Of a DNA stretch of 64,000 nucleotides, positions 55,770 through 64,000 are shown one piece after another. Each line of letters begins with the position of its first letter. Position 1 is the first letter of the stretch. The notes beneath the pieces were generated by a model. The model saw only the letters and a program-made list of their open reading frames with translations, was not told where the DNA came from and ran no database searches. The stretch covers positions 17,906 to 81,905 of the forward strand of contig NZ_JBATUX010000021.1 in assembly GCF_049671445.1 (NCBI RefSeq), written 5' to 3'. Position numbers and translations under genes: made by a program. The DNA is from Paenisporosarcina sp. (GTDB lineage Bacteria; Bacillota; Bacilli; Bacillales_A; Planococcaceae).

Positions 55770-56945
55770 CTACTCCAAAAAAGCTTGTACTACTCGTCTC
55801 GTAGCATGACCATCTTCTAATGAAGAAAACTTATCTTTAAAGGATATAAACTTAGGATTTGCATCAACATTTGAACGAACAAGTTCATGGATCACATCAA
55901 ACAGTTCTTCCTCAGTTTGAACAATTGGTCCTGGTGCATCTCCTTCTATATCAATATAGAATCCTCTAAGTTGATCTCTGTATGTTGCTAAATCGTACAT
56001 AAAGAACACAATCGGCCTATTCAGGATAGCGAAATCAAAGAACACAGAAGAATAATCTGTAATCAAAAGGTCCGCCCCCACATAGAGGTCACGTATATCT
56101 GGATAGGAAGACACATCATACACGCTGCCTTCATGAGTTGAGAAATCAAAGTTTTCGGCTACCAAATAGTGCATTCTAGTTAATAACACCCATTCGGCTC
56201 CGAACTCCCTTTTCCAATTGTCTAAATCGAATTGAAATTTAAATTTATATTTTCCTTTTGAGTAGAATTCGTTATCACGCCATGTTGGAGCATACAGCAT
56301 GATTTTCTTATCAGTAGGAATCCCAAGTTTTTGCTTCAATTCACCTATAGCACCATCCGAATGATTAGAAAGCACATCATTTCGAGGATACCCAGATTCA
56401 ATTACATGGCCATTATAGTGAAACGCTCTTTTAAAAATTTCTGTTGAATATGCATTTGGCGAAACCAGGTAATCCCAATTCCTAGACTCATTTATAAAAT
56501 TCTTTTTGTAATTATCCGTTTTGGTTCCCGGCATGTGAATCTCTTCAATATCTAATCCGAGCTTTTTGAGAGGTGTCCCATGCCAAGTCTGAACATAGAC
56601 CGTTCCATGAGGGTTAGGCATCCAGCCGGGTAAACGTACGTTATTAACCCAGTACTTAGCGCGTGGAAAGGTCAGAAACCATCGTATTGAAAAACGTCTA
56701 ATATATGGAACTTGGAACTCTTCAAATAATTTTACAGCCTGTTTATCAACGCTCCACAGCAAAAGGTAGTCTTGATGATGTTCTTTCATATACTCATAAA
56801 TCGACCGTGGATTATCACTATATTGCTTCGCATGAAAGCTTTCAAATATAACTAATTTGCTTTTTTTAGGTAACAATCCCATAATCACAAAAATTAAACG
56901 GAATACTTTTAATAGAAATTTACTTTTTTTTAACCCGTTTAGCAA
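55770..56945 (-). CDS. CDP-glycerol:glycerophosphate glycerophosphotransferase (TagB/TagF family)
   Basis: 391 aa, TTG start. Motifs QTWHGTPLKK, YAPTWRD and ITDYSSVFFDF. Confidence 0.87.
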   Translation of the reverse strand: MLNGLKKSKFLLKVFRLIFVIMGLLPKKSKLVIFESFHAKQYSDNPRSIYEYMKEHHQDYLLLWSVDKQAVKLFEEFQVPYIRRFSIRWFLTFPRAKYWVNNVRLPGWMPNPHGTVYVQTWHGTPLKKLGLDIEEIHMPGTKTDNYKKNFINESRNWDYLVSPNAYSTEIFKRAFHYNGHVIESGYPRNDVLSNHSDGAIGELKQKLGIPTDKKIMLYAPTWRDNEFYSKGKYKFKFQFDLDNWKREFGAEWVLLTRMHYLVAENFDFSTHEGSVYDVSSYPDIRDLYVGADLLITDYSSVFFDFAILNRPIVFFMYDLATYRDQLRGFYIDIEGDAPGPIVQTEEELFDVIHELVRSNVDANPKFISFKDKFSSLEDGHATRRVVQAFLE

Positions 56946-57006
56946 GATTAAGACCTCTATTCTGCATTTTCAAATGTTAAAGTAATTGATCAATATTTTT
57001 TATTGG

Positions 57007-57339
57007 TTACAAGATTTGATCCTGTTTTAAAAACTCGATAATACGACCAGTGTTTTGTCTATCATCAAACGAATTGATTTGCTTATATTTAGATAAAATT
57101 TCATCTTCTATTCGGTAATTTTGCTTAATAGCTTTCTTAACGGTATCCATCAGTTCAGAGATAGTATAAGCGATAGCACCAGGTGCATTTTCATCATTAA
57201 CCGGAGGAATTGCTCTATACTGTTCAATCCAATGTATTTGAGGAAGTAAGATTGAAGTTAAGTTCTGCAAGAGTAGATTGAACAGTAAAAACAACTTTTT
57301 TTGTAGTGATTTCTTTTCTAAATAGATCTTAAATAACAA
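57007..57339 (-). pseudogene. Probable 3' remnant of a TagB/TagF-family gene
   Basis: The last roughly 70 aa of the 110-aa ORF (APGAIAYTISELMDTVKKAI...INSFDDRQNTGRIIEFL) resemble the C-terminus of TagF-type enzymes such as the neighbour 55770-56945 (APGPIVQTEEELFDVIHELV...FSSLEDGHATRRVVQAFL). There is no intact catalytic domain upstream. Confidence 0.45.
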
Positions 57340-57807
57340 ATATATAGAAGTTCAAATAATTTATTTTACCTACAGTCAAATAGCGGTAGTCAATAGTTGT
57401 GAGTTCAAGATTAACTAGGTATACAATAACCGACCCATCCTGTGTTACAATATCGTGAATACTAAATAAATAGTTTCCATTTTGATTCTACATAGAAAAT
57501 GTTGTTTCACTTTAAAGACGATTACAATAGTATATCATATTCTTTACATAAAAATATTTGATCACTAGATGGGTATTGTCCTATAAATAATGATGTAAAT
57601 CGATCCGATAAACCATTTCACTTTCTAATAAAATAAAATCGATTTTCTCTAATGAATCTTCTAGTATTTGAACATTTTTATTATATACTTTCATAATCTA
57701 TCCTTCTTTTCACTATTTTTTCATTGTATTTAACAATTTATACATACAATATATTATCATAGCATTTTAACAGGATTTAGAAAATAATTATTTGTGGAGT
57801 GAGCAAG

Positions 57808-58203
57808 ATGAAGAAAGTGATTACCTATGGAACATTCGATTTAATCCATCATGGACATATCAACATTTTAAGAAAAGCGAAGGAGTATGGAGATTATTTA
57901 GTCGTAGGATTGTCTTCAGATGAATTTAATATCCTTAAAGGAAAAGAAGCCTATTATTCTTATGAAGAACGCAAACTAATTTTGGAAGCAATTAAATATG
58001 TTGATGAAGTAATTCCAGAACATAACTGGAATCAAAAATCCGAAGATATTCAAACTAATCAAATCGATTTATTTGTGATGGGTTCGGATTGGGAAGGTAA
58101 GTTTGATGATTTAAATGAGTTTTGCGATGTCATTTACTTGCCAAGAACAGAAGGTATTTCAACAACGAAGATCAAAACTGATTTATATAACAAACCATGT
58201 TAA
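57808..58203 (+). CDS. tagD: Glycerol-3-phosphate cytidylyltransferase
   Basis: ORF 57799-58203, start at ATG 57808. MKKVITYGTFDLIHHGH (HxGH) and RTEGISTT motifs. Near-colinear with B. subtilis TagD. Confidence 0.95.
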   Translation: MKKVITYGTFDLIHHGHINILRKAKEYGDYLVVGLSSDEFNILKGKEAYYSYEERKLILEAIKYVDEVIPEHNWNQKSEDIQTNQIDLFVMGSDWEGKFDDLNEFCDVIYLPRTEGISTTKIKTDLYNKPC

Positions 58204-59378
58204 AAGAAGGCATCATTACGTGTTATTTATTTGTCATTAAAATGATTTTCAGCCTTTTTAATCTACTTCCGTTAAAGAACAAAACTGTTTTTTTATCTTC
58301 ATTTGGTGATAATGCATTTTTTGTAGCTAAAGAGTTGTCACAGTATGAAGATCATCCATTAGTTTTTATTAATCAATCACGCTGCAAAATAGATTTTTCT
58401 TCAATTCCGACCAACAATAAAAAGATATTATCTTTTGAAACCAAGAACTTTATTGAAACATTTAAGTCCATCTATCATTTAGCCACTTCAAAATATATAT
58501 TTGTCGATAATTATGTAGGTATTTTATCCATCGTACAATTCCGAAAGGACGTCAAATGTATTCAATTATGGCATGCAGCTGGTGCTATAAAACGATTTGG
58601 ATGGAGCGAACCCACAACCAATGAACGTAGCGAGAAAGCCAAAATTAGATTTCAACAAGTATATGATAGCTTTCATTATATTCCCGTTGGATCACAGCAA
58701 ATGGCTCAAATTTTTACGGATTCATTTCATGTAGAACCCCATCGATTTTTGTTTACGGGTGTCCCACAAACAGATTTTTATTATGATTCAATAGCAATAG
58801 CGAATAGTTTGAAACGGGTACAACGCACATATCCCATTATTAAAGGAAAAATAGTAGTTTTGTATGCACCTACTTTTAGAAAAGACGAACTTGAGATAAT
58901 GACACTGCAAATTGATATAAACGAATATCTCAAACGGGTCGATGAAAATCATGTTTTACTAATTAGATTACATCCCGCAGTTAAAAACGTGACGAATATC
59001 CTTGCGCATCCTCGAGTTCTTGTGGTCAGTGATTATCCAAATGTTAACGAATTGATGGTGGCAAGTGATATTTTAATAACAGATTACTCTTCTATCCCCT
59101 TCGAGTTTTCTCTGCTGTCTAAAAAAATGATTTTTTATACATATGATCTAGAGTCTTATGATAAGGAACAAGGATTGTGGTCCGAATCAAGTCTTTATTT
59201 TCCTGGACCTATTGTAAAAAATACCAAAGAATTAGTCGATGAAGTCCTTAATCCGACAATTGATTTCAATAAAATTAATTATTTTAAAAATCATTGGAAT
59301 ACCTTCTCTCAGGGTGAATCTACTAAAACATTAATTTCAAAGATTTATGACAAGGACGATTTGGTAATGAAAATTTAA
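58197..59378 (+). CDS. CDP-glycerol glycerophosphotransferase (TagB/TagF family)
   Basis: 393 aa, overlaps the tagD stop. Motifs QLWHAAGAIKRFG, YAPTFRKD and ITDYSSIPFEF. Confidence 0.85.
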   Translation: MLKEGIITCYLFVIKMIFSLFNLLPLKNKTVFLSSFGDNAFFVAKELSQYEDHPLVFINQSRCKIDFSSIPTNNKKILSFETKNFIETFKSIYHLATSKYIFVDNYVGILSIVQFRKDVKCIQLWHAAGAIKRFGWSEPTTNERSEKAKIRFQQVYDSFHYIPVGSQQMAQIFTDSFHVEPHRFLFTGVPQTDFYYDSIAIANSLKRVQRTYPIIKGKIVVLYAPTFRKDELEIMTLQIDINEYLKRVDENHVLLIRLHPAVKNVTNILAHPRVLVVSDYPNVNELMVASDILITDYSSIPFEFSLLSKKMIFYTYDLESYDKEQGLWSESSLYFPGPIVKNTKELVDEVLNPTIDFNKINYFKNHWNTFSQGESTKTLISKIYDKDDLVMKI

Positions 59379-59819
59379 TTCTTAAAGCAATTTTATAATG
59401 CTTTAACTTAAAAATTAAGACCATTATTATAAAATTCCTTATAATTCCCATTAACTTATGTTGTTGAAATAAGAAGGGCTTGCCAAGAGAAATCATTGAT
59501 TTCGATTAGTAAGCTCTTTTACTATTAAACTTTTATGCTTATATCTTCTTCTGATTGGATGATGTATTTCTAGAAATTTCTTTTCACTTTGTATAAAATC
59601 CGAGTGATTCCTGCTAGCAAGAGATAAATTGAATTCTCTTACAATACTCCCCTTTCTAAAAATCCCTCTATGTAAATTAAACTTTCATTCTTAGTCGAAT
59701 ACTTTCTATTTCTAGGTCTCAAACGTCACAAATCCTCATTGGAACTGATAATTTAGATGTCTTACACTGATGCTACCTAGGAATAACCCTGATGTGCACA
59801 TTGGCAAGGCAGCATAAAA

Positions 59820-60299
59820 ATGGAGACTTATGAAGACGTATTAAACCAGTTCGAACCAATGATTCATGCGTGTATACGCAAGCTACGCATCTATAAAAAC
59901 CATGACTCATTTATACAAGTTGGGAGAGTCGGATTGTGGAAAGCTTGGCAAAGATATGACTCATCAAAAGGGGATTTTGCGCCATTTGCGTATCGCAGCA
60001 TTTATGGCAGTTTATTAGATGAATTAAAAAAAGCGGCAAACGAAGAGAATATCCTGCCTGCAGAAGATCAATTACTCGAAATCCTGTTAAACAAACCATC
60101 TGAGGCCTCTGTAGATTCGGAAGAACTAATAAACGCGTTATCACAATTAAATCTAGCCGAGCAACAACTCATTCAATTACTGTTTGTTGATCGCAGTTCT
60201 TTGGACGAAGTGGCTCTGCATTTTGGCATCACTAAAGCAGGCGTCAAGAAAAAAAGACAACGTACTTTACAAAAACTAAAACACATCATGACCACCTAA
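59820..60299 (+). CDS. Small sigma-70-family (region 2 + region 4 only) RNA polymerase sigma factor
   Basis: 159 aa. Region 2-like (DSFIQVGRVGLWKAWQRYD...FAPFAYRSIYGSLLDELKK) and region 4 HTH (SLDEVALHFGITKAGVKKKRQRTLQKL). Confidence 0.72.
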   Translation: METYEDVLNQFEPMIHACIRKLRIYKNHDSFIQVGRVGLWKAWQRYDSSKGDFAPFAYRSIYGSLLDELKKAANEENILPAEDQLLEILLNKPSEASVDSEELINALSQLNLAEQQLIQLLFVDRSSLDEVALHFGITKAGVKKKRQRTLQKLKHIMTT

Positions 60300-60491
60300 C
60301 AAAGTCTTTTGAGGTTCTATTAATAATCAGCCAGCGTTTTACCGGATGGTGAATTTTTTAGTAGAGCCTCTTTTAAAGATAGTTCCCTTAGTTTTGATTT
60401 TGCAAAATAAAAGGTATAGGCGACAACTTTTATTTTCAGCAATTAGCAAACCTATTTCCTAAAATTAAACTAGCTTTTAAAACTTAATCAA

Positions 60492-61034
60492 TTATTCGGA
60501 TTCGGGTTTTGAATCATCGTTTGCTATGTATCGTTTCTTATCACGCTGAATAATGCGATAGGTGTCTAGGGTGAAGTGTAGTCTATGTTGTTGTTTTAAC
60601 AGGACGTGTTTTGAAACATGTACAATAAGCGACGTACCATTCCTAAATGTCACCCGAGACTTCCCTTTATCTAGTTCCTCAACGTGAAAATGGTGGTTAA
60701 ACAACCACACACATTCTGCATGTTGATAAGACATAGTTGGAAAAGCACCGATCTCAGAAGGTTCAATGAGAATTGGTGTTTTTTTAGGATAATTCATAAA
60801 TATTCTTGTTGCCTGCAAACGCCCTTCCATTGTAGAAGCATACCTGATGCATGCTCTATTTAGTAAATCGTGTACAGTCAAAGATGAATAATAAATGCCA
60901 TGGGTCGTCGTAATCTTCGATTTATAATCCCCAGTAAAAACTGATTCAAGCGACAAAGCTTGATTGTCAATCCAATTAGAATCACAGTTCAATAGAAAAT
61001 CCCCTTTATGTCTCCTATAGTTAGATTCTACCAA
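60492..61034 (-). CDS. comK: ComK-family competence transcription factor-like protein
   Basis: 180 aa. Central segment KKTPILIEPSEIGAFPTMSYQHAECVWLFNHHF parallels B. subtilis ComK (HKPPIMVDPSNQIFLFPTLSSTRPQCGWISHVH). Only a TTG start with a poor RBS is available. Confidence 0.62.
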   Translation of the reverse strand: MVESNYRRHKGDFLLNCDSNWIDNQALSLESVFTGDYKSKITTTHGIYYSSLTVHDLLNRACIRYASTMEGRLQATRIFMNYPKKTPILIEPSEIGAFPTMSYQHAECVWLFNHHFHVEELDKGKSRVTFRNGTSLIVHVSKHVLLKQQHRLHFTLDTYRIIQRDKKRYIANDDSKPESE

Positions 61035-61335
61035 CCCTACAAGTACTTGTATAGTCCGAATTTACTGAAAAAATAGTATTTTCAACAAATTTTTTCCTCA
61101 TTCGACTTTTCGTTTCATTTTATTAGAATTTATCGTCTTTACAAAATAAGTAAAATAACTTTTGGTGGAGGTGGATGGAAATTTAAGATGCTTTCCAATG
61201 TGAGAAATCGCTAAATTGTGTCATTGTTTTTAATAAGTATACTTTAAATTGAAAAATACCATATTCAAATTAATTATCAATCCGATATTATAGTAATATA
61301 TGACGTATTGTGAATTCTAGAAAGTTGGTTGATAT

Positions 61336-62580
61336 ATGGGATTTTTCACAGGTCCATATGGTTTGGTTACTAGTTTTGTTTTTTGGTATCCATTCATGAT
61401 GGCTCTATTTTGGATGGCAGGCTCTCTTCTCTTCCTGAGAACAAAAGAACCTAAAAACGATACATTAGATATAGATGGATTTGATTGGCCGATGATTAGT
61501 ATCCTCGTCCCTTGCTACAATGAAGAAGAAACCATTGAAGAAACCGTTCAAAATCTTTCTGGTCTCTCTTACCCAAAAAAAGAAATTCTATTAATTAATG
61601 ATGGATCTACTGATCAAACATCCGTAATTATGGAGAGATTATCGAAACAATATACAAACGTAAGAGTCATACAACTGGAACAAAACTGTGGCAAGGCAAA
61701 TGCCTTACAAGTAGGCTTATTTGCATCTCGGGCAGAGTATCTGGTTTGTGTGGATGCGGATGCACTACTTTCAGATACTGCCCCTTATTATATGATTCGT
61801 CAGTTCTTCATTAAAGGAGAACGTGTTGGAGCTGTAACGGGTAGTCCAAGTATTCGCAATCGAAATACACTGTTAAGTCGAATGCAGCTAGTTGAATATG
61901 CGTCCATTATTGGTGCAATTAAACGTATGCAACGACTAATTGGCAAAGTAATGACCGTGTCTGGAGTAGTCGTGACTTTTCGAAAAAAAGCACTTGTTGA
62001 CGTCGGCTTATGGGATCGCGATATGATAACAGAGGATATTGCGGTTAGCTGGAAGTTACAAAAACGCTTTTGGGATGTTCGGTACGAACCGCGGGCTATC
62101 TGCTGGATGCTAGTACCCGAAACTTTGTCTGGCATTTGGAAACAACGAATACGCTGGGCACAAGGTGGCCAAGAAGTTGTCCTCCGTCATTGGCGTATAA
62201 TATTCAGCTGGAAACAAAGACGTCTATGGCCCATTTTTCTCGAACAGTGTATCAGCACAATTTGGGCTTTCTGTTGGCTATTCGTCACCGTCATGCTCGT
62301 ATTTTCAGCCGACCAAGTTCAAGATTTGTTTATTTGGTTCACGTTGACATCATTTGCACTTGTTTTCATCAGCATGATTCAACTCTTTATTGCGTTAATA
62401 ATCGATTCAAGATACAACCGCGTGATGAAATACTATTTTTGGGCAGCTTGGTATCCATCCATTTATTGGATGGTCAATACAGCAGTTGTCATGGCAGCTG
62501 TTCCTAGAGCCATTAAGTCCCGAAAAAAAGGAGGTTACGCGGTATGGAGCAGTCCCGACCGAGGCTTAAAGAAAATGTAA
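61336..62580 (+). CDS. pgaC: Poly-beta-1,6-N-acetylglucosamine synthase (GT2; PgaC/IcaA)
   Basis: 414 aa. GT2 motifs (LVPCYNEE, VCVDADA, TEDIAVSW) and QRIRWAQGG (QxxRW). Confidence 0.9.
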   Translation: MGFFTGPYGLVTSFVFWYPFMMALFWMAGSLLFLRTKEPKNDTLDIDGFDWPMISILVPCYNEEETIEETVQNLSGLSYPKKEILLINDGSTDQTSVIMERLSKQYTNVRVIQLEQNCGKANALQVGLFASRAEYLVCVDADALLSDTAPYYMIRQFFIKGERVGAVTGSPSIRNRNTLLSRMQLVEYASIIGAIKRMQRLIGKVMTVSGVVVTFRKKALVDVGLWDRDMITEDIAVSWKLQKRFWDVRYEPRAICWMLVPETLSGIWKQRIRWAQGGQEVVLRHWRIIFSWKQRRLWPIFLEQCISTIWAFCWLFVTVMLVFSADQVQDLFIWFTLTSFALVFISMIQLFIALIIDSRYNRVMKYYFWAAWYPSIYWMVNTAVVMAAVPRAIKSRKKGGYAVWSSPDRGLKKM

Positions 62581-63002
62581 TTATTGAAGGTAACCGTTCA
62601 AACCTCAGATTCGTGTTAGATATAATCATGACTCTATTTTTTTGGTGCTACACCTTCATGGTGATGATATTTATTTTATCCGCGAGCTTTGGATATAGTA
62701 ATTCCATTACACGAGTCCTGAATTCTGCATTTAAGACAACCAATGGCCAAGTTCGTTTACTGTTCCTATTTGGTTTAATTCTATTCATCAGTTTTTATAT
62801 GTTGCTAAGTATAAATCGAATCTACAACAAAAAGCGCTTTGGCTCGCTCGCTCGCAGGACCTATCCAACAAACGTGACAAACAAAGACTTAAGCAACCTA
62901 CAATTAATGAATGCCGAACATATAGAAAAACTACAAACTGCAGATTATATCGTCTTTGAGAAAAATCCGATTGTCTCTTTAGAGGAGGAAAAGGAATCAT
63001 GA
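62544..63002 (+). CDS. PgaD/IcaD-like small membrane partner of the PNAG synthase
   Basis: 152 aa with two TM helices. ATG 62544 has a GGAGG 9 nt upstream and overlaps the pgaC end by 37 nt. Position between the synthase and deacetylase genes. Confidence 0.55.
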   Translation: MEQSRPRLKENVIIEGNRSNLRFVLDIIMTLFFWCYTFMVMIFILSASFGYSNSITRVLNSAFKTTNGQVRLLFLFGLILFISFYMLLSINRIYNKKRFGSLARRTYPTNVTNKDLSNLQLMNAEHIEKLQTADYIVFEKNPIVSLEEEKES

Positions 63003-63868
63003 AAAAAACTCTGATTTTCCTCATGATTCTTAGCATGATCGGAATGTTAATTCTGTTTAATAAAGAAATTATTAATGTGGTGTTTGCTCAAAACGAACCA
63101 TCGATGTCTTTCTCAAAAGAACTAGCAACAGATGGCTGTCTCGGATTAAATTATCATCGCGTTCTAAAGGAGAATGTAGTTACCCAATCAACAAGATGGT
63201 TTCTCAACTCTGATGAACTAGTGAAATACAGCGTGATGACTACAGAACTGAAACAACAATTGAGCGCATTAACAGATGCAGGTGCCGTGTTTCTATCGCA
63301 GGATGAATTTTTAGATGCCAAGAAGTCTGGAGTTTTCCCTGACAAATGTGTTCTGATTTCATTTGATGACGTAGACTATTCCGTCTATGAACATGCATTC
63401 CCAATATTGAAAGAGGCAGGTATTCCGTTTACGCTGTTCATTATTGCTGGACATGTAGGTGACAAGGATTTTAACAACCTAAAAATGACCACTTGGGATG
63501 ACCTACGTGAGATGCAAAAAAGTGAACTGGCTAGCTTTGGCTCCCATACATACGAAATGCATCGATTTGAAGACGAAACACCCGTCTTTCTTCTCGCTGA
63601 GAATAGAGAAATCTTCTCGCAAGACTTACAGAAAAGTATCCAAACGATTGAAAAGGAACTAGGCATAACAGTTCGCAGCTTCGCCTACCCCTATGGAAAT
63701 ACTGACGACTCTACAGCTGAAGTTATTAAGGAACAAGGACTTGAGGCAGGATTTATCTTAGCACCTCAAACCATAAGCCCAAACGATGACAACTATCATC
63801 TCAATAGAATTCTACTCAATGACACGACCTTCAATGAAGTCATCCTGCCATTCATTAAAAATCAATAA
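62999..63868 (+). CDS. icaB: Polysaccharide deacetylase (CE4; IcaB/PgaB-like)
   Basis: 289 aa with a signal/TM anchor. CE4 motifs ISFDDVDYS and FGSHTYEMH. ATGA overlap with the upstream ORF. Confidence 0.85.
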   Translation: MKKTLIFLMILSMIGMLILFNKEIINVVFAQNEPSMSFSKELATDGCLGLNYHRVLKENVVTQSTRWFLNSDELVKYSVMTTELKQQLSALTDAGAVFLSQDEFLDAKKSGVFPDKCVLISFDDVDYSVYEHAFPILKEAGIPFTLFIIAGHVGDKDFNNLKMTTWDDLREMQKSELASFGSHTYEMHRFEDETPVFLLAENREIFSQDLQKSIQTIEKELGITVRSFAYPYGNTDDSTAEVIKEQGLEAGFILAPQTISPNDDNYHLNRILLNDTTFNEVILPFIKNQ

Positions 63869-63918
63869 ACCATTTTTAGGGTCAATCAAAGAATCGACAC
63901 TCACTTTACATGAAAAGA

Positions 63919-63955
63919 GGCGGCTGAAGATACAATTTCAGCCGCCCTTCCTTTT
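63919..63955 (+). terminator. Intrinsic terminator of the PNAG operon
   Basis: GGCGGCTGAA / GATACAAT / TTCAGCCGCC followed by CTTCCTTTT. Confidence 0.7.
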
Positions 63956-64000
63956 AAACCTTGATTACTGGCTTTTGGCTGCCGCCACAAGCCTTTTCTG

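Noticed and set aside
40476-63666. Further embedded ORFs (40476-41660, 42005-42208, 43489-43674, 44192-44422, 49646-51766, 53317-53574, 59911-60144, 61800-62507, 62788-63666)
   Set aside because: Same reasoning: they are nested in or antisense to the S8 protease, 5'-nucleotidase, tagA, sigma factor, pgaC, pgaD-like and icaB genes.
63965-64000. Possible 3' end of a minus-strand gene at the right window edge (...QKRLVAAAKSQ-stop)
   Set aside because: Only 11 codons are visible, which is too little to support a call.

Overview
Chromosomal window from a low-GC Bacillota (Bacillales-like) genome. Gene order follows the Bacillus subtilis minJ-ctpB-ftsXE-cccB-yvjA-prfB-secA-hpf-comF-degSU-yvyE-LCP-teichoic acid neighbourhood. 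Product names rest on motifs I recognise in the translated ORFs; no database search was run.

Core content, left to right:
- azlCD, then an S-box (SAM-I) riboswitch in front of an M20 amidohydrolase.
- A CstR/CstB-type persulfide-detoxification locus with TauE, rhodanese and a glutaredoxin-like gene.
- minJ-like, ctpB-like, a ResA-like thioredoxin, and a coiled-coil M23 peptidase next to ftsEX.
- cccB, prfB (classic +1 frameshift site visible), secA, a Cache-HAMP-GGDEF-EAL protein, hpf, comFA/comFC and degSU.
- A roughly 20 kb envelope block: LCP ligase, two large exoproteins with triple C-terminal CWB2 repeats, a MurJ/PIG-L/Wzy-like/GNAT operon, NlpC/P60, tagA, tagGH, tagF/B-type genes and tagD.
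- A small sigma factor, a comK-like gene and a pgaC-pgaD-pgaB (icaADB-like) operon.

Most interesting region: 3961-9966 is a discrete 6.0 kb insertion, visibly AT-richer by eye, that splits a terminator hairpin.
- It is flanked by a 7-bp direct repeat (GATTTGA) and has 29-bp terminal inverted repeats.
- It carries no DDE transposase. The only recombinase is a 281-aa Xer-like tyrosine recombinase.
- Eight copies of a 13-7-13 palindromic site, all in the same orientation, divide it into seven gene modules, six with one gene and one with two to three ORFs.
- This is an integron-like or dif-module-like cassette array that I cannot assign to a described element class.

Second layer of unexplained structure:
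- A superfamily of 21-bp-periodic tandem arrays at five intergenic places. Two of them bracket a NERD-domain gene and contain repeated copies of that gene's last 24 nt.
- A roughly 190-bp mosaic intergenic element, present as two clear copies plus degenerate relatives.

No rRNA, tRNA, CRISPR array or prophage was seen.
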